Shown one piece after another: positions 48,305 through 58,113 of a stretch of 64,000 nucleotides of DNA. The notes below the pieces were generated by a model. The model saw only the letters and a list, made by a program, of their open reading frames with translations. It was not told the DNA's origin and searched no databases. How positions within the stretch are numbered: the stretch's first letter is position 1; each line of letters opens with the position of its first letter. Both the position numbers and the translations under genes were made by a program. This DNA comes from a virus: positions 42,240 through 106,239 of the IMG/VR virus record IMGVR_UViG_3300008459_000008; one strand, written 5' to 3'.

Positions 48305-49384
48305 ATGATCAAGCAAAATAAAATCAATATCAACATAAATAAAGACGACCAGAATATAAATGATTTTCTATTAGTTTGGTCTGAAATTGGATTCAGACCG
48401 TCCAAAATTGTAATTTACAAAAATTTTGAAGCGAATAATTTTTTGAATTATATAAATCCAATCATAATTGAAAAAGCTATTCAAAAAGATATAATACCAT
48501 TCGATGCTGTTGATATGGTAAATGAAAGGAATTTTTGTAAGATAGGAGATAATATTTGGATTAGTTTTGCTACTTATGATGTTTTGAATGAAGAATCTTT
48601 CATAGGAGAAGTTGTATTCTATTATGATTTGAAATCTGATGTGGAAGTACAATCACATATAGAATTAATCTGTGAGTTTGAGGTAAAGGATGATTTAAAA
48701 AACAACCCTACTTCAAATCTTTATACTGTTTTTGTAGGACAATCTGGTTTTGAATTGGAACCGGTATCCATAGATAATGATAAATATGAAAATTACGATT
48801 TATTCTATAATGATCAAGTTTTAAAAAAAGTAGATAAATTATCAAAAAAAATAACAAAATCAAAGAAAGGACTATCAGTAATTTTTGGTGAAAGAGGAAC
48901 TGGCAAAACATCTCTAATTAAATATATTTGTAATAAAATCACGTCCAAAGATTTTATATTCATACCTACTACTTTATTTGATTCAAGTATTAATAATTCA
49001 GAATTTAGAAATTTTATAAAAAAATATAAAAATTCAGTAATAGTTTTAGATGATTGTGAGATATATTTCAGTGATCTTTATTCGAAATCTAATATATTTA
49101 CAAACAACCTCTTACAATTAGTCGATGGTTTGGATTCTGACGAATTATGTTTGAATTTAATTCTTGTTTTGAATTGTGATAATGAAAACGATATAGACTC
49201 ACATTTGATGGAATCAAATAATTTGTTAGATGTAATTCACATAGATTACTTGAAAAAGGAAAAAATATCTGAGTTATCAAAACATTTGGAAAAGAAAACA
49301 AAATTCAAATCTCCAACCAAATTGATAGATGTTCTCAAAAATAAACCCACATCTGGAAATAATTCTGATTTAGGATTTAATTGA
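48305..49384 (+). CDS. AAA+ ATPase
   Basis: Walker A GERGTGKT, Walker B IVLDDCE, NLLQLVDGL; start moved to ATG 48305. Confidence 0.8.
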   Translation: MIKQNKINININKDDQNINDFLLVWSEIGFRPSKIVIYKNFEANNFLNYINPIIIEKAIQKDIIPFDAVDMVNERNFCKIGDNIWISFATYDVLNEESFIGEVVFYYDLKSDVEVQSHIELICEFEVKDDLKNNPTSNLYTVFVGQSGFELEPVSIDNDKYENYDLFYNDQVLKKVDKLSKKITKSKKGLSVIFGERGTGKTSLIKYICNKITSKDFIFIPTTLFDSSINNSEFRNFIKKYKNSVIVLDDCEIYFSDLYSKSNIFTNNLLQLVDGLDSDELCLNLILVLNCDNENDIDSHLMESNNLLDVIHIDYLKKEKISELSKHLEKKTKFKSPTKLIDVLKNKPTSGNNSDLGFN

Positions 49385-49385
49385 A

Positions 49386-49718
49386 ATGAAAAATTGGACC
49401 AACGACGACTTTTTAGAATATTTAATGACTTCTGATTATGAGGATAATCTATCACCAGAAGATTACAAAACTCTGTTATCAAAATTTAGAACTTTTTACC
49501 GTATTGTGTCTTCAAGATCAACTAATATAGAAATAGAAAAAAAGAAATTCAATTTTGAGATCGAACAATTAAATACAAAATATACACAAGATTTACAACA
49601 TCTAAATGACCAAATTCAACTGATTACAATCAAATATCAATCTCTGGTTACTAGAAAACTTTCTTTCAAAGAAAGATTGTTAGGTAAAATATCATTGAAT
49701 AAAAATGAAGAAATTTAA
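49386..49718 (+). CDS. Hypothetical coiled-coil protein
   Basis: ORF immediately after the AAA gene. Confidence 0.6.
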   Translation: MKNWTNDDFLEYLMTSDYEDNLSPEDYKTLLSKFRTFYRIVSSRSTNIEIEKKKFNFEIEQLNTKYTQDLQHLNDQIQLITIKYQSLVTRKLSFKERLLGKISLNKNEEI

Positions 49719-49792
49719 CCAAAATTCTCCAAAATTTCAAAAAAAGGGGGGAATGGTGGGTTCGATATATAATTAAAAATAAATTTCTGATC

Positions 49793-50023
49793 ATGGAAAA
49801 AGAAAATATGGATTACTCTGATAAGTACGATTACTTATTAAAAGTATTGACCGAAGTGATTGAAATTGATGGAAAAAAAACAACTCTCAAAGATGATTTT
49901 GATAAGTTTTTTATAAAGTCAAATAAAACTGCTGGCGTAAGAATTAGGAAAGTTATGCAAATCCTCAGAAGATCGGCAGAGGAAATCCGAAATGATGTAC
50001 AGAACTACAAAAGAAATTTCTGA
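49793..50023 (+). CDS. Histone H1-like (Hc1-type) small protein
   Basis: DFDKFF.K.NKTAGVRIRK.MQ.LR..A.EIR..VQ matches the Bacteroidota Hc1-like family pattern. Confidence 0.7.
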   Translation: MEKENMDYSDKYDYLLKVLTEVIEIDGKKTTLKDDFDKFFIKSNKTAGVRIRKVMQILRRSAEEIRNDVQNYKRNF

Positions 50024-50028
50024 AAATT

Positions 50029-50058
50029 AAAACTTCACTTTTAGTGGAGTTTTTTTTT
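50029..50058 (+). terminator. Intrinsic terminator
   Basis: AAAACTTCACT-TTT-AGTGGAGTTTTTTTTT; the T tract runs into a TATATA motif. Confidence 0.75.
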
Positions 50059-50088
50059 ATATATACAACAAATACTTTTATATGAAAA

Positions 50089-50709
50089 ATGAACAAATTT
50101 AGTAAAATTTCGGGTCAGAAAGTTAGTGATTTACCCAAATTGATTAAATCACCTGAAGAGATGGAAATCGAACAATTAAAATTTGGTCTACTCAAATTAA
50201 TGGATAGTTGTTTGACTATTAGGTCATATGGATCAGCTAGAAGAAATATTCTGGAAGATACAGTGAAAATAGCAGGTAAAGAAATGTTTATTGAGGCTCT
50301 GATTGATTTTATGGCTGATAAATCATACAAAGAACAAATTGTACTTTTGGAATCAATGAAATCTGACACAAAAGATTGGAAATCGATTGATAATAAAATC
50401 AATGAAGTAAACGAAAAAATTCAAAATGTTAGAAATTTGACTGTAAATAAAAATCAAGTAAAGAAAATCAAAATGTTTTTGGAAACATATGGTGAAGATG
50501 AAAGGTTTGAAACACTATTGGAAAACTATGTTGCAAAATTAGATGATGGTAAAATGGCTTATTCAAGCTCTTTACTAGTGAGAGAAATGATGAGAAATAC
50601 TAAATTTTCTATTTACCCTAAAAAACAACTTGAAAATATTGCTAGGCAATACTTGATTAGGGCTACTCAACTTGGATATAACCCAAATGGAACAGACATT
50701 AACATTTGA
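50089..50709 (+). CDS. Hypothetical protein
   Basis: 206-aa ORF starting MNKFSKI; TATATAC upstream. Confidence 0.6.
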   Translation: MNKFSKISGQKVSDLPKLIKSPEEMEIEQLKFGLLKLMDSCLTIRSYGSARRNILEDTVKIAGKEMFIEALIDFMADKSYKEQIVLLESMKSDTKDWKSIDNKINEVNEKIQNVRNLTVNKNQVKKIKMFLETYGEDERFETLLENYVAKLDDGKMAYSSSLLVREMMRNTKFSIYPKKQLENIARQYLIRATQLGYNPNGTDINI

Positions 50710-51430
50710 AGAAACCCTAATTAGTAGAATATCAAAGATGACTATCTTTGATCAATTTGCTCAAACTATTTTTGTAGACCACAATCATGGAGTAATTGAG
50801 GTTGAAAATTCATTCAGAGAAATGAATACAATCAAATTTATCAGAACTGAAATTGCATATGAATTAAAAGGTCATAGAGTAATATCGAAGAAAATGAAAT
50901 TTAATGACATCGTAATTTCAGACTTGATGGAGGGGTCAACAATATCAGTTGATAAATCAATTTGTAAATGTGTTTCTTCGGATTTGAACAAATTGTTCAT
51001 TCAAGAATTAAATCGTTTTGAAAAAACAGAACAACATAAATTTAGATTATTTGACCAAAATTTTATTCAAAAGATTTTTATACCTAATAAAAATGTAGAT
51101 TTAATTCAAAAATTTTTAGAGGTTAGTAATGGTATGAGTTGGGCAATAATACCATATAAGTTGTCGAATATTTTTTACCAATCAGAAAAATTGGAATTGA
51201 ATAAGGACGAAAATGAAAAATTGATTTATCATCTAGGAAAAATAGAAAACACCAATATCTATATCAACCCAGATGATCAATCCGGAAAAATTTTCTTTGG
51301 TAATTTTGATTCTATGATAATTTTGGCAAAAAATGATATGAATATCTTTGACAACGATCAAGGAAGAAATTATAATTTCGAGTATTTATTCATTGAACAG
51401 TCACCGATAAAGTCGTTAGATGTCATTTAA
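50687..51430 (+). CDS. Degenerate major-capsid-protein (gp23-like) paralog
   Basis: WAIIPYKLSNIF...YHLGKIENTNIYINP...IFFG resembles the gp23 A-domain segment; only ~247 aa. Confidence 0.4.
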   Translation: MEQTLTFEETLISRISKMTIFDQFAQTIFVDHNHGVIEVENSFREMNTIKFIRTEIAYELKGHRVISKKMKFNDIVISDLMEGSTISVDKSICKCVSSDLNKLFIQELNRFEKTEQHKFRLFDQNFIQKIFIPNKNVDLIQKFLEVSNGMSWAIIPYKLSNIFYQSEKLELNKDENEKLIYHLGKIENTNIYINPDDQSGKIFFGNFDSMIILAKNDMNIFDNDQGRNYNFEYLFIEQSPIKSLDVI

Positions 51431-52297
51431 TAGTTCATCCAAAGCAGAATTTCTTAGATTACTGACTGTTTCGAATATCCTATAAGGATACGATCTTGTA
51501 AACCCTAAGTCATTTTCAATCTGAACATTTAACCTACCAGAGCTAATTTCTTTTGATTTAACAGTATAGACCTTGTTGTGGGTTAATCCACTATAATAAT
51601 CTGTTGTCTCTATCAATTTAACAGATTCTCCTTCTTCAATCGTTTTCATTTTCCTTTCAATTTCATACTGAATGAATTTGGTGATATTTTCAACATTAAT
51701 TTTTCTGAAGTCATAATCTTGTTTTGATAAAGATGTAAACATAAATCCCACCAAATCATTAGTTAATTCTATTTCTTTTCTAACACTATTATCAATTGGA
51801 TAAAGTGGCGTACGATAATAATCTGAAATTCTTGAACTATCTTCTATTTCAATTTCATTCTGAATACAAAAATTAGCAATTATAGCAGCAGAATTAACAA
51901 AATTGTCATTGTATCTCACACCACCTCTTCGGCGTCTATTACCGGAGTATAAATCCCATCTTTGGGAATTGATAAATTTTTCAAATGAGACTTTACCTTT
52001 GGATTTCAAAATTTTCTTGACCGACTCATCTGTCGCATTTTTTATGAGAACTTCTTTAAAGTCCTTCAACTTAATTTTTTTGTTATAAAAAACTTGTTGA
52101 TTGATTTTTTCTGTGTGTCTGATGAAATCTATGAAAATAAGATAACTTATTAATCCATAATTTCTTCCTTCGGAATACATCTGACGTAATTTATCATTAT
52201 CAGTTTCTTTAGAATAGTCATCAAGTATTTTGAATTCCTTTTTCAAGGTTTCCAATTTATCGATATTATTCTGAATTATCTCCGAGGTCAGTTTCAT
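51416..52297 (-). CDS. Hypothetical protein with C-terminal SH3-like barrel
   Basis: LTHNKVYTV...IENDLG....YP..IF..., ending LRNSALDELL. Confidence 0.55.
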   Translation of the reverse strand: MKLTSEIIQNNIDKLETLKKEFKILDDYSKETDNDKLRQMYSEGRNYGLISYLIFIDFIRHTEKINQQVFYNKKIKLKDFKEVLIKNATDESVKKILKSKGKVSFEKFINSQRWDLYSGNRRRRGGVRYNDNFVNSAAIIANFCIQNEIEIEDSSRISDYYRTPLYPIDNSVRKEIELTNDLVGFMFTSLSKQDYDFRKINVENITKFIQYEIERKMKTIEEGESVKLIETTDYYSGLTHNKVYTVKSKEISSGRLNVQIENDLGFTRSYPYRIFETVSNLRNSALDELLNDI

Positions 52298-52302
52298 AAG
52301 TA

Positions 52303-52310
52303 CAAATATA
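52303..52310 (-). promoter_or_regulatory. Bacteroidota sigma-A-type -7 element
   Basis: TATATTTG on the minus strand, 5 nt before ATG 52297. Confidence 0.6.
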
Positions 52311-52361
52311 ATAAAAACTTCTAAAATAATATATACAATATTATAAATAAAATTTTAAATT

Positions 52362-52700
52362 ATGCAAAAATTTACTAGAATTGATGAAGCGAAACGATTT
52401 ATGCCAGATCCGAGTTTATTAAAACGATATGCTTCATTCATAATGCCTCTTTATATAAATGGTAATCTAAAATTGGACGAAGCTTTGTTAGATGAATATC
52501 TTGAAATGTTCAAAAAAACAAATAAATACCAAACTTCAAACGTCGTTTGTGATGCGGAAATCGAGGCAGTAAAAAACATTCTAGAAAATCCAACCACAAT
52601 AAATGGTTTTAACCAATTGAAAAAAGAAATTGAAGATGGTTGTCCCAAACTTCAATTATTTTTGAAAAAATTTGTCCAAAATAAGGATACATTCAAATGA
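52362..52700 (+). CDS. Hypothetical protein
   Basis: MQKFTRIDEA; TAATATATAC upstream; coupled to the amidoligase gene by an ATGA overlap. Confidence 0.6.
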   Translation: MQKFTRIDEAKRFMPDPSLLKRYASFIMPLYINGNLKLDEALLDEYLEMFKKTNKYQTSNVVCDAEIEAVKNILENPTTINGFNQLKKEIEDGCPKLQLFLKKFVQNKDTFK

Positions 52701-54085
52701 GAAAATACTCTGAAAAGTTTTTAAATGATACTGAGTTTTTAAAATTTGCTCGTATAGGATTTGAATTTGAATTCTATATGAAAGATTTATCTTTTTATAA
52801 AACTCTGGAATTGCTAAATCAATATTTATCACCAGTTAAAGTTTGGGGGTTTAGGAAATATCACTCAGATATGACACCAGATTCGAAAAATTTCAAAATT
52901 GAACCAGATTTATCAGGTGGTGCTAACATGGTTGAATTAGTAACTGGTCCACTTGATTATTTTGAGGCTAAATTTCATCTCAATAAACTTCTGAAATTCA
53001 TTCAGACCTATGGATACACTAATGATAAATGCTCAATCCATTTTAACGTTTCTTTTAATCAAGAATCCGATAAAAATTTGAATGATTTGAATGTATTAAA
53101 GTTGATTTTGACTATGGATGAGGATGAAATTTATTATGTATATCCAATGAGGAAAAATAATGTATATGCTAAAAGTGTCAAAAACATTATTCCTTACAAA
53201 GATTATGATTTCAATAATGTTCCTATAGAAATTATCAAAAACAATTTGATGTTGCCAGATGACAAGTATTATGGTATAAATTTTCTCCATGTTAATAATC
53301 CAAGAGAAACACAAAGACTAGAATTTAGATATATCGGTGGTAAGGACTATGAGAAAAACATAGGGGATATAAGTTATTTTTTAGATTTGTTTATCAAAAA
53401 TGTTTACAATTCAATCGATGCTGGTTTTAATACTGAGGATATCGAAAAAATCGAAACATACTTAGAAGATAATATTACTAATTTTAAGAATTTTTCAAAG
53501 TATGATAATTTCCTAATAGAATTTCCAACAATTACTCTACAAGTTGACCAAACCTATGATTATAACACCATAAATGCTTATTATGATAGAATGTATACAA
53601 AACTATTTGAAATAGTTCACTGTATAGACTCTTTAGGAGATTGTATAATAAATTTCGTTACCGAAACACAAAGATTTGAATTAATTGATGCTCAGTTCAA
53701 AGCAATTAAAAATATAAAAGGTATAGATTTTATTAATTGTACTACCACAGAGGCCATTTTTCAAGAGTGTGGAATCATTAACTCTAATCTAACTAATTGT
53801 CAAGCAATAAAATCAAGTATATGGGGCTCTGAATTGACAAGTTCTAAGGTGTTGAACTCATCAGTGGAATCCTCCGAATTACATAACTGTTATTTTATGG
53901 GTGGGTATATGAATGGTGATATGATTGGTGGTGTGTTGAGAAGTGGTAAACTTGGACCATACGCAAATGTTAGTTCAGAGACTAAAATAATTTCGGAAAC
54001 CGATAATTTCTTCGATACATCATTTGACGAAGATAGACCTTCAGGTGGAAAAAAGATGTTAGATTTGAAATCTTTTAAGAAATAA
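52697..54085 (+). CDS. Putative amidoligase (COOH-NH2 ligase, Amidoligase_2-like)
   Basis: GFEFEF, D.S...ELVT, CSIHFN, KYYGINF, LEFRYIGG; repetitive beta-helix-like C-terminus. Confidence 0.7.
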   Translation: MRKYSEKFLNDTEFLKFARIGFEFEFYMKDLSFYKTLELLNQYLSPVKVWGFRKYHSDMTPDSKNFKIEPDLSGGANMVELVTGPLDYFEAKFHLNKLLKFIQTYGYTNDKCSIHFNVSFNQESDKNLNDLNVLKLILTMDEDEIYYVYPMRKNNVYAKSVKNIIPYKDYDFNNVPIEIIKNNLMLPDDKYYGINFLHVNNPRETQRLEFRYIGGKDYEKNIGDISYFLDLFIKNVYNSIDAGFNTEDIEKIETYLEDNITNFKNFSKYDNFLIEFPTITLQVDQTYDYNTINAYYDRMYTKLFEIVHCIDSLGDCIINFVTETQRFELIDAQFKAIKNIKGIDFINCTTTEAIFQECGIINSNLTNCQAIKSSIWGSELTSSKVLNSSVESSELHNCYFMGGYMNGDMIGGVLRSGKLGPYANVSSETKIISETDNFFDTSFDEDRPSGGKKMLDLKSFKK

Positions 54086-55790
54086 ATTGATTGAATTTCA
54101 AGACAAAATTCTCATTTGTATCTTGTCCTAACAATTCTACACCTTTAGTATCATATTCAATTGGTCCACCTTGATTAGCTATGTCAATCTTCTCCTTGAG
54201 ATTGTTCACAAAGTCTTTAGCTAACATTTTCAAAACATTCACATACTTATCAGTATTGAAAGCCATTTCCAAGGCTGGTTTATTATATTTCAAAAAATTC
54301 AGACCAGATATATTGGTAATGGATGGGTGACCACCAGAATTTCTTATAATTAATTCCCAAGCTGGTACTTTGATATTACTCAAAAATCCTTTTTGTTCAT
54401 CACTCAAGTCACCGTGTAGTGTGTCCATTGACGATTTCAACTTAGGTTCACTAATATCAACACTCACTATTTTACCGTCTTTCTTTGTGTATAAACAATC
54501 TTTGTAGAAAGCCTCCAAGTCACTAAATCTGAAACCAACACCCTCATAATCTTCACCTTCAGCTTTAGCCATAGCCTTCCAGTCTTGTGAAGTTTCAAAT
54601 TCATTTTTGATTGATTCCAAAGAAACAAAAAACTTCTTCAACGTTGGTTCATATTTAGCTAAAACTTCTTTAGCAATTTCACCAAGATTGATTGATTTTA
54701 ATTTCTTTTCTTTGAATGGATTGCAAGACACTTGGAGTAAACCCATTGGCCAAGCTATACAATTGAAATCAGCTTCTGGGTTGTTTTTAAATACCACATA
54801 TCTGTCATAGGATCCAGGTTTAATCATTGAACCACCACCATATTGAGTTACAATTTTATAATCTTCATCAAAATTAACACCTTTACCAATTTGTGAACCA
54901 GCAGCTAACATCTTCTTATGTCTCCAATTACTGGGATCAAATTCTGATACATCACCAGTCTCAGGATCTTCAATAAAACTATAATTTTTCATTCTATCGA
55001 TATAGGCATTCAAATTATCAGTAATTTCTTGTGGTGTAGCTAACCTACCAAGTTTATCTGTGGTTTTACCGTTATTGATATAATGTTTCAAATTACTAAA
55101 CATTGAATATAAACTAGGTGAGGAATCCAAGACTAAGCACTCTAGGATATTTCTATTGTTATGAGTTCTTTTACCATCTAAAGACTTACAGGAAATTCGT
55201 TTATTTTTGTAAGCTAATAGTAGTCTATTAACCACAAATCCCATCATAAATCTATTCTTGACACCTGATACATCTTTTGATACTGAGAAAATTGAATTCT
55301 GAACATCCTCAGGTTTGATGTTATGTGTCAAAAAGTTAGCTGAGTCAACCGTTTTGATAAGTTCGATATCTTGTGGAGTAAAAATGTCAGAATAGGCAAT
55401 TTCACCAGAAATAATTTCAACATTGGACCTAGCAGATTTGAAATATGTAGATTCAGTATCTTCTGCACCAACTTGTTTATCGTGGTGATCAGACTGAATT
55501 TGGAACATTGGTTTTCCGTGTGCAAAATCAACCAGTACACATAAGTTTTCGGGTTGATGGTGTTTGATTGCGTACTCTAATCCACCGTATTGAATGATGT
55601 GACAATCCACACACTCAATTTGATAGTAAGTTTTTAGAAAACCTTTCATGGCTAGTGCTGATGTCACACCATCCAAGTCTTTGTGAAAATAAATTTCACA
55701 AGTTTTATGTAATTTAGCAAATTTAGCTATATTTCTTAAACCAACTTCCTCGTTAGTCTTGCTCCAGTTATTGAATTTTGAAATTTCCAT
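54075..55790 (-). CDS. DHH family phosphoesterase
   Basis: H.DLDG, LVD, DHH and C-terminal GGH motifs; KFNNW..NEE at the N-terminus and LKFNQF at the C-terminus. Confidence 0.75.
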   Translation of the reverse strand: MEISKFNNWSKTNEEVGLRNIAKFAKLHKTCEIYFHKDLDGVTSALAMKGFLKTYYQIECVDCHIIQYGGLEYAIKHHQPENLCVLVDFAHGKPMFQIQSDHHDKQVGAEDTESTYFKSARSNVEIISGEIAYSDIFTPQDIELIKTVDSANFLTHNIKPEDVQNSIFSVSKDVSGVKNRFMMGFVVNRLLLAYKNKRISCKSLDGKRTHNNRNILECLVLDSSPSLYSMFSNLKHYINNGKTTDKLGRLATPQEITDNLNAYIDRMKNYSFIEDPETGDVSEFDPSNWRHKKMLAAGSQIGKGVNFDEDYKIVTQYGGGSMIKPGSYDRYVVFKNNPEADFNCIAWPMGLLQVSCNPFKEKKLKSINLGEIAKEVLAKYEPTLKKFFVSLESIKNEFETSQDWKAMAKAEGEDYEGVGFRFSDLEAFYKDCLYTKKDGKIVSVDISEPKLKSSMDTLHGDLSDEQKGFLSNIKVPAWELIIRNSGGHPSITNISGLNFLKYNKPALEMAFNTDKYVNVLKMLAKDFVNNLKEKIDIANQGGPIEYDTKGVELLGQDTNENFVLKFNQFIS

Positions 55791-55812
55791 AAACTATATA
55801 TTAATTCATGGA
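55786..55812 (-). promoter_or_regulatory. Start-codon-sequestering hairpin with TAATATATA loop
   Basis: Minus strand TCCATGAAT-TAATATATA-GTTTATGGA; the ATG lies in the 3' arm. Confidence 0.55.
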
Positions 55813-55880
55813 CTCATTTATTTAAATGGTTATTTGTCACATTATTTTAGTTTAATATATAATAATAAATATTCTTTATT

Positions 55881-56105
55881 ATGAATTTGGGTGGTCCGAA
55901 AATATATGTATTAGCAACTGGTGAAGTTTATCAAAAGTTAAAAGATAAAAAGATTATAGTAGGTTTGAAAGGTATTGATATGACTAATACCTATGGAATT
56001 GGCGGACCATTAGACCATTGCGCGACAACTCGTTTTGTGGGTACAGATGAGTGGCAATGTTTTGACACATTAGAAGAAGCTAGGGAAGCTGCTTCTAAGT
56101 TGTAG
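55881..56105 (+). CDS. Hypothetical protein
   Basis: 74-aa ORF with TAATATATA upstream. Confidence 0.5.
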   Translation: MNLGGPKIYVLATGEVYQKLKDKKIIVGLKGIDMTNTYGIGGPLDHCATTRFVGTDEWQCFDTLEEAREAASKL

Positions 56106-58068
56106 ATTTTAACATTATAATCTGAGCCAAGAAGTTTTTATCAGAAATAAGATTACTTAATTGAGCATCTACAAGTTCAAACATTAGTTCAACTGTGGAA
56201 TTTGATAGGGGTTCAATTTTATATTTATCAATAAATTGATTAACTAAGGATTGGTTATCATTAAGATGTTGTGGTCTATTCTTCCTTCTTGGTTTACCAA
56301 ATTCATTTCTCTCAGATTCTTTATATGAGAAATAGATTAACATTTTCATTAATTCTCCAATAGTTTCATTTGTATTGTCCCCAAAGAATCTTCTAAGGTC
56401 ACTTCTAAATCCACCCCTTAATGATACAATGTCTTTGAATCTATTTATTTGTGTATCAGCAAAATTAAACTCTTTTAATTTAGTAAGTAAGTCTTCTTGT
56501 GTAATTTTTTCAACCTTAGACATATACTCATCTAAATCAACATAAAAAGAGTCACCTAATTTGTTGATATCATAGTCCTGTTCATCTGCTTCTTGTTCTG
56601 TTACCATAGATCCATCTTCTAATTTGTAAACTAAAAGTGTTCCATTTCTGAATAGATATTCATTAGCAAATGGACTTTTGAACACACAAGCAGATAAACA
56701 TATCTTATTTTTATATTCAATAAAGTATTCATCAGCTAAACCCCTTGTCATAAAGTTATCAGGTACCCAAGTTTGATCCTCAGAACTATAATATACTTCC
56801 ATAGCATCATTTGCATATACCCAATCACCTAAGTAATCAGAGTTTACCGCATCTTCTTCTAAATAATAGTTACTGTCATATTCAGAATAAACTACATCAG
56901 CTTCATTACTTACATACTCGTCTTTGTATTCCAAGTAATAAGCATCATCTGAATGTATATAAGACTGCAAATCTTCAGCAAAAACAGCGTATTCTTCATC
57001 AATATATTCACCAAGGTATTCCGAATAGATGCCAGTTTGTGCTTCTTCATAATCACCACCAGTGCTTTCTAATCTAATCCAATCTTGATTGTTATCATCA
57101 AATTCATTTGAATCAGTGCTTAATACTTTCAAATCTCTGTTTAGATATTTGAATGTATCCATATAAGGATAGTACTGGAAATTAGATTTATCCAAAGTAA
57201 CTTGCTTATGTTGATAACTATCTCCATAAACCATATAACCTTTATCTTTACCCCACTGCTTGAAAAGATTAACATCTTCATCATTATTAGCATAAGGTCT
57301 ATCTAAATAAGTTGAACCGTTATCTAATTTCCAAATAAGCGCTCTACCAATGATTTTATCAGGATCTGTTCCTTTCATAATAACCATAGATACCTGGTTT
57401 GTGTTTTCTGTATAAATGTTTAGATATCTCTGACATCTATCATAACGCATACAAGAATTAGCTAAGTGGTACTGAGGGTCTTCATAATTATTTTCATCAT
57501 ACCACTTTCTAATATCTTCCCCTTGAACTACCTCGAACTTATCTTTTTTAGTTGTTTGGAAATCTCTATAAGCTTTGAACTTATCAACAAAAGCATTTAT
57601 ATCATTTTGATCTATCTTAATTAGGGCATCAGTTGTTTTCTGAAGGACTTTTGTAACAAACCTACCAATTTGAAGTTCGGTTCTTTGTTGATTCCAAACA
57701 GCGTTAGTTTGACTGTTTTTTAATCTGTACATTTTATTCAAGTAGTCTTCTGGTAATTGTCCTTTTAATTGACCTTGGTTTTTAGATTCAGGATCTCCTG
57801 CTTCTTTATCTAACATTCTTAAGACACGATTGACTTGGATAAATGTAACCTTATCATTACCAGTACCTAAATCAACATAAGTCATATCTGTTTTATACTC
57901 ATCACTTTGTTCAGCGTAGTATAAAACCTTAGCTACTTTATCACCCTTATTGGATAAAGCATATAAAGTGTCTTTAAAAGCTTTTGAATAGTAAAGTGGT
58001 GCGTCTAATTTCAAATATTCCTCTAGTAATAACTCTAGAAAATCACTGTATTTACTTGCAAATTTCAT
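56095..58068 (-). CDS. Unknown conserved-domain protein (SCM/GRALIW/YPYMDT family, copy 3) with acidic Tyr-rich repeats
   Basis: LANSCMRY...GRALIW...LDRPY...YPYMDTF; AVYSEY-like repeats; start moved to ATG 58068 (MKFASKYSDFLE). Confidence 0.7.
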   Translation of the reverse strand: MKFASKYSDFLELLLEEYLKLDAPLYYSKAFKDTLYALSNKGDKVAKVLYYAEQSDEYKTDMTYVDLGTGNDKVTFIQVNRVLRMLDKEAGDPESKNQGQLKGQLPEDYLNKMYRLKNSQTNAVWNQQRTELQIGRFVTKVLQKTTDALIKIDQNDINAFVDKFKAYRDFQTTKKDKFEVVQGEDIRKWYDENNYEDPQYHLANSCMRYDRCQRYLNIYTENTNQVSMVIMKGTDPDKIIGRALIWKLDNGSTYLDRPYANNDEDVNLFKQWGKDKGYMVYGDSYQHKQVTLDKSNFQYYPYMDTFKYLNRDLKVLSTDSNEFDDNNQDWIRLESTGGDYEEAQTGIYSEYLGEYIDEEYAVFAEDLQSYIHSDDAYYLEYKDEYVSNEADVVYSEYDSNYYLEEDAVNSDYLGDWVYANDAMEVYYSSEDQTWVPDNFMTRGLADEYFIEYKNKICLSACVFKSPFANEYLFRNGTLLVYKLEDGSMVTEQEADEQDYDINKLGDSFYVDLDEYMSKVEKITQEDLLTKLKEFNFADTQINRFKDIVSLRGGFRSDLRRFFGDNTNETIGELMKMLIYFSYKESERNEFGKPRRKNRPQHLNDNQSLVNQFIDKYKIEPLSNSTVELMFELVDAQLSNLISDKNFLAQIIMLKSTT

Positions 58069-58080
58069 ATTATTATATAT

Positions 58081-58107
58081 AAAAAAAATAGGGGTTAAAA
58101 TAACCCC
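58081..58107 (-). terminator. Intrinsic terminator
   Basis: Minus strand GGGGTTA-TTT-TAACCCC then TATTTTTTTT, after 58114..60366. Confidence 0.7.
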
Positions 58108-58113
58108 CACTTT

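Noticed and set aside
48052-48405. Minus-strand 117-aa ORF and the 48212 upstream extension of the AAA gene
   Set aside because: Low-complexity AT-rich frames overlapping a promoter region; not supported, though a short gene within 48052-48260 cannot be excluded.
49715-49775. Possible hairpin upstream of the Hc1-like gene
   Set aside because: Pairing is weak and interrupted; not enough to call a structure.
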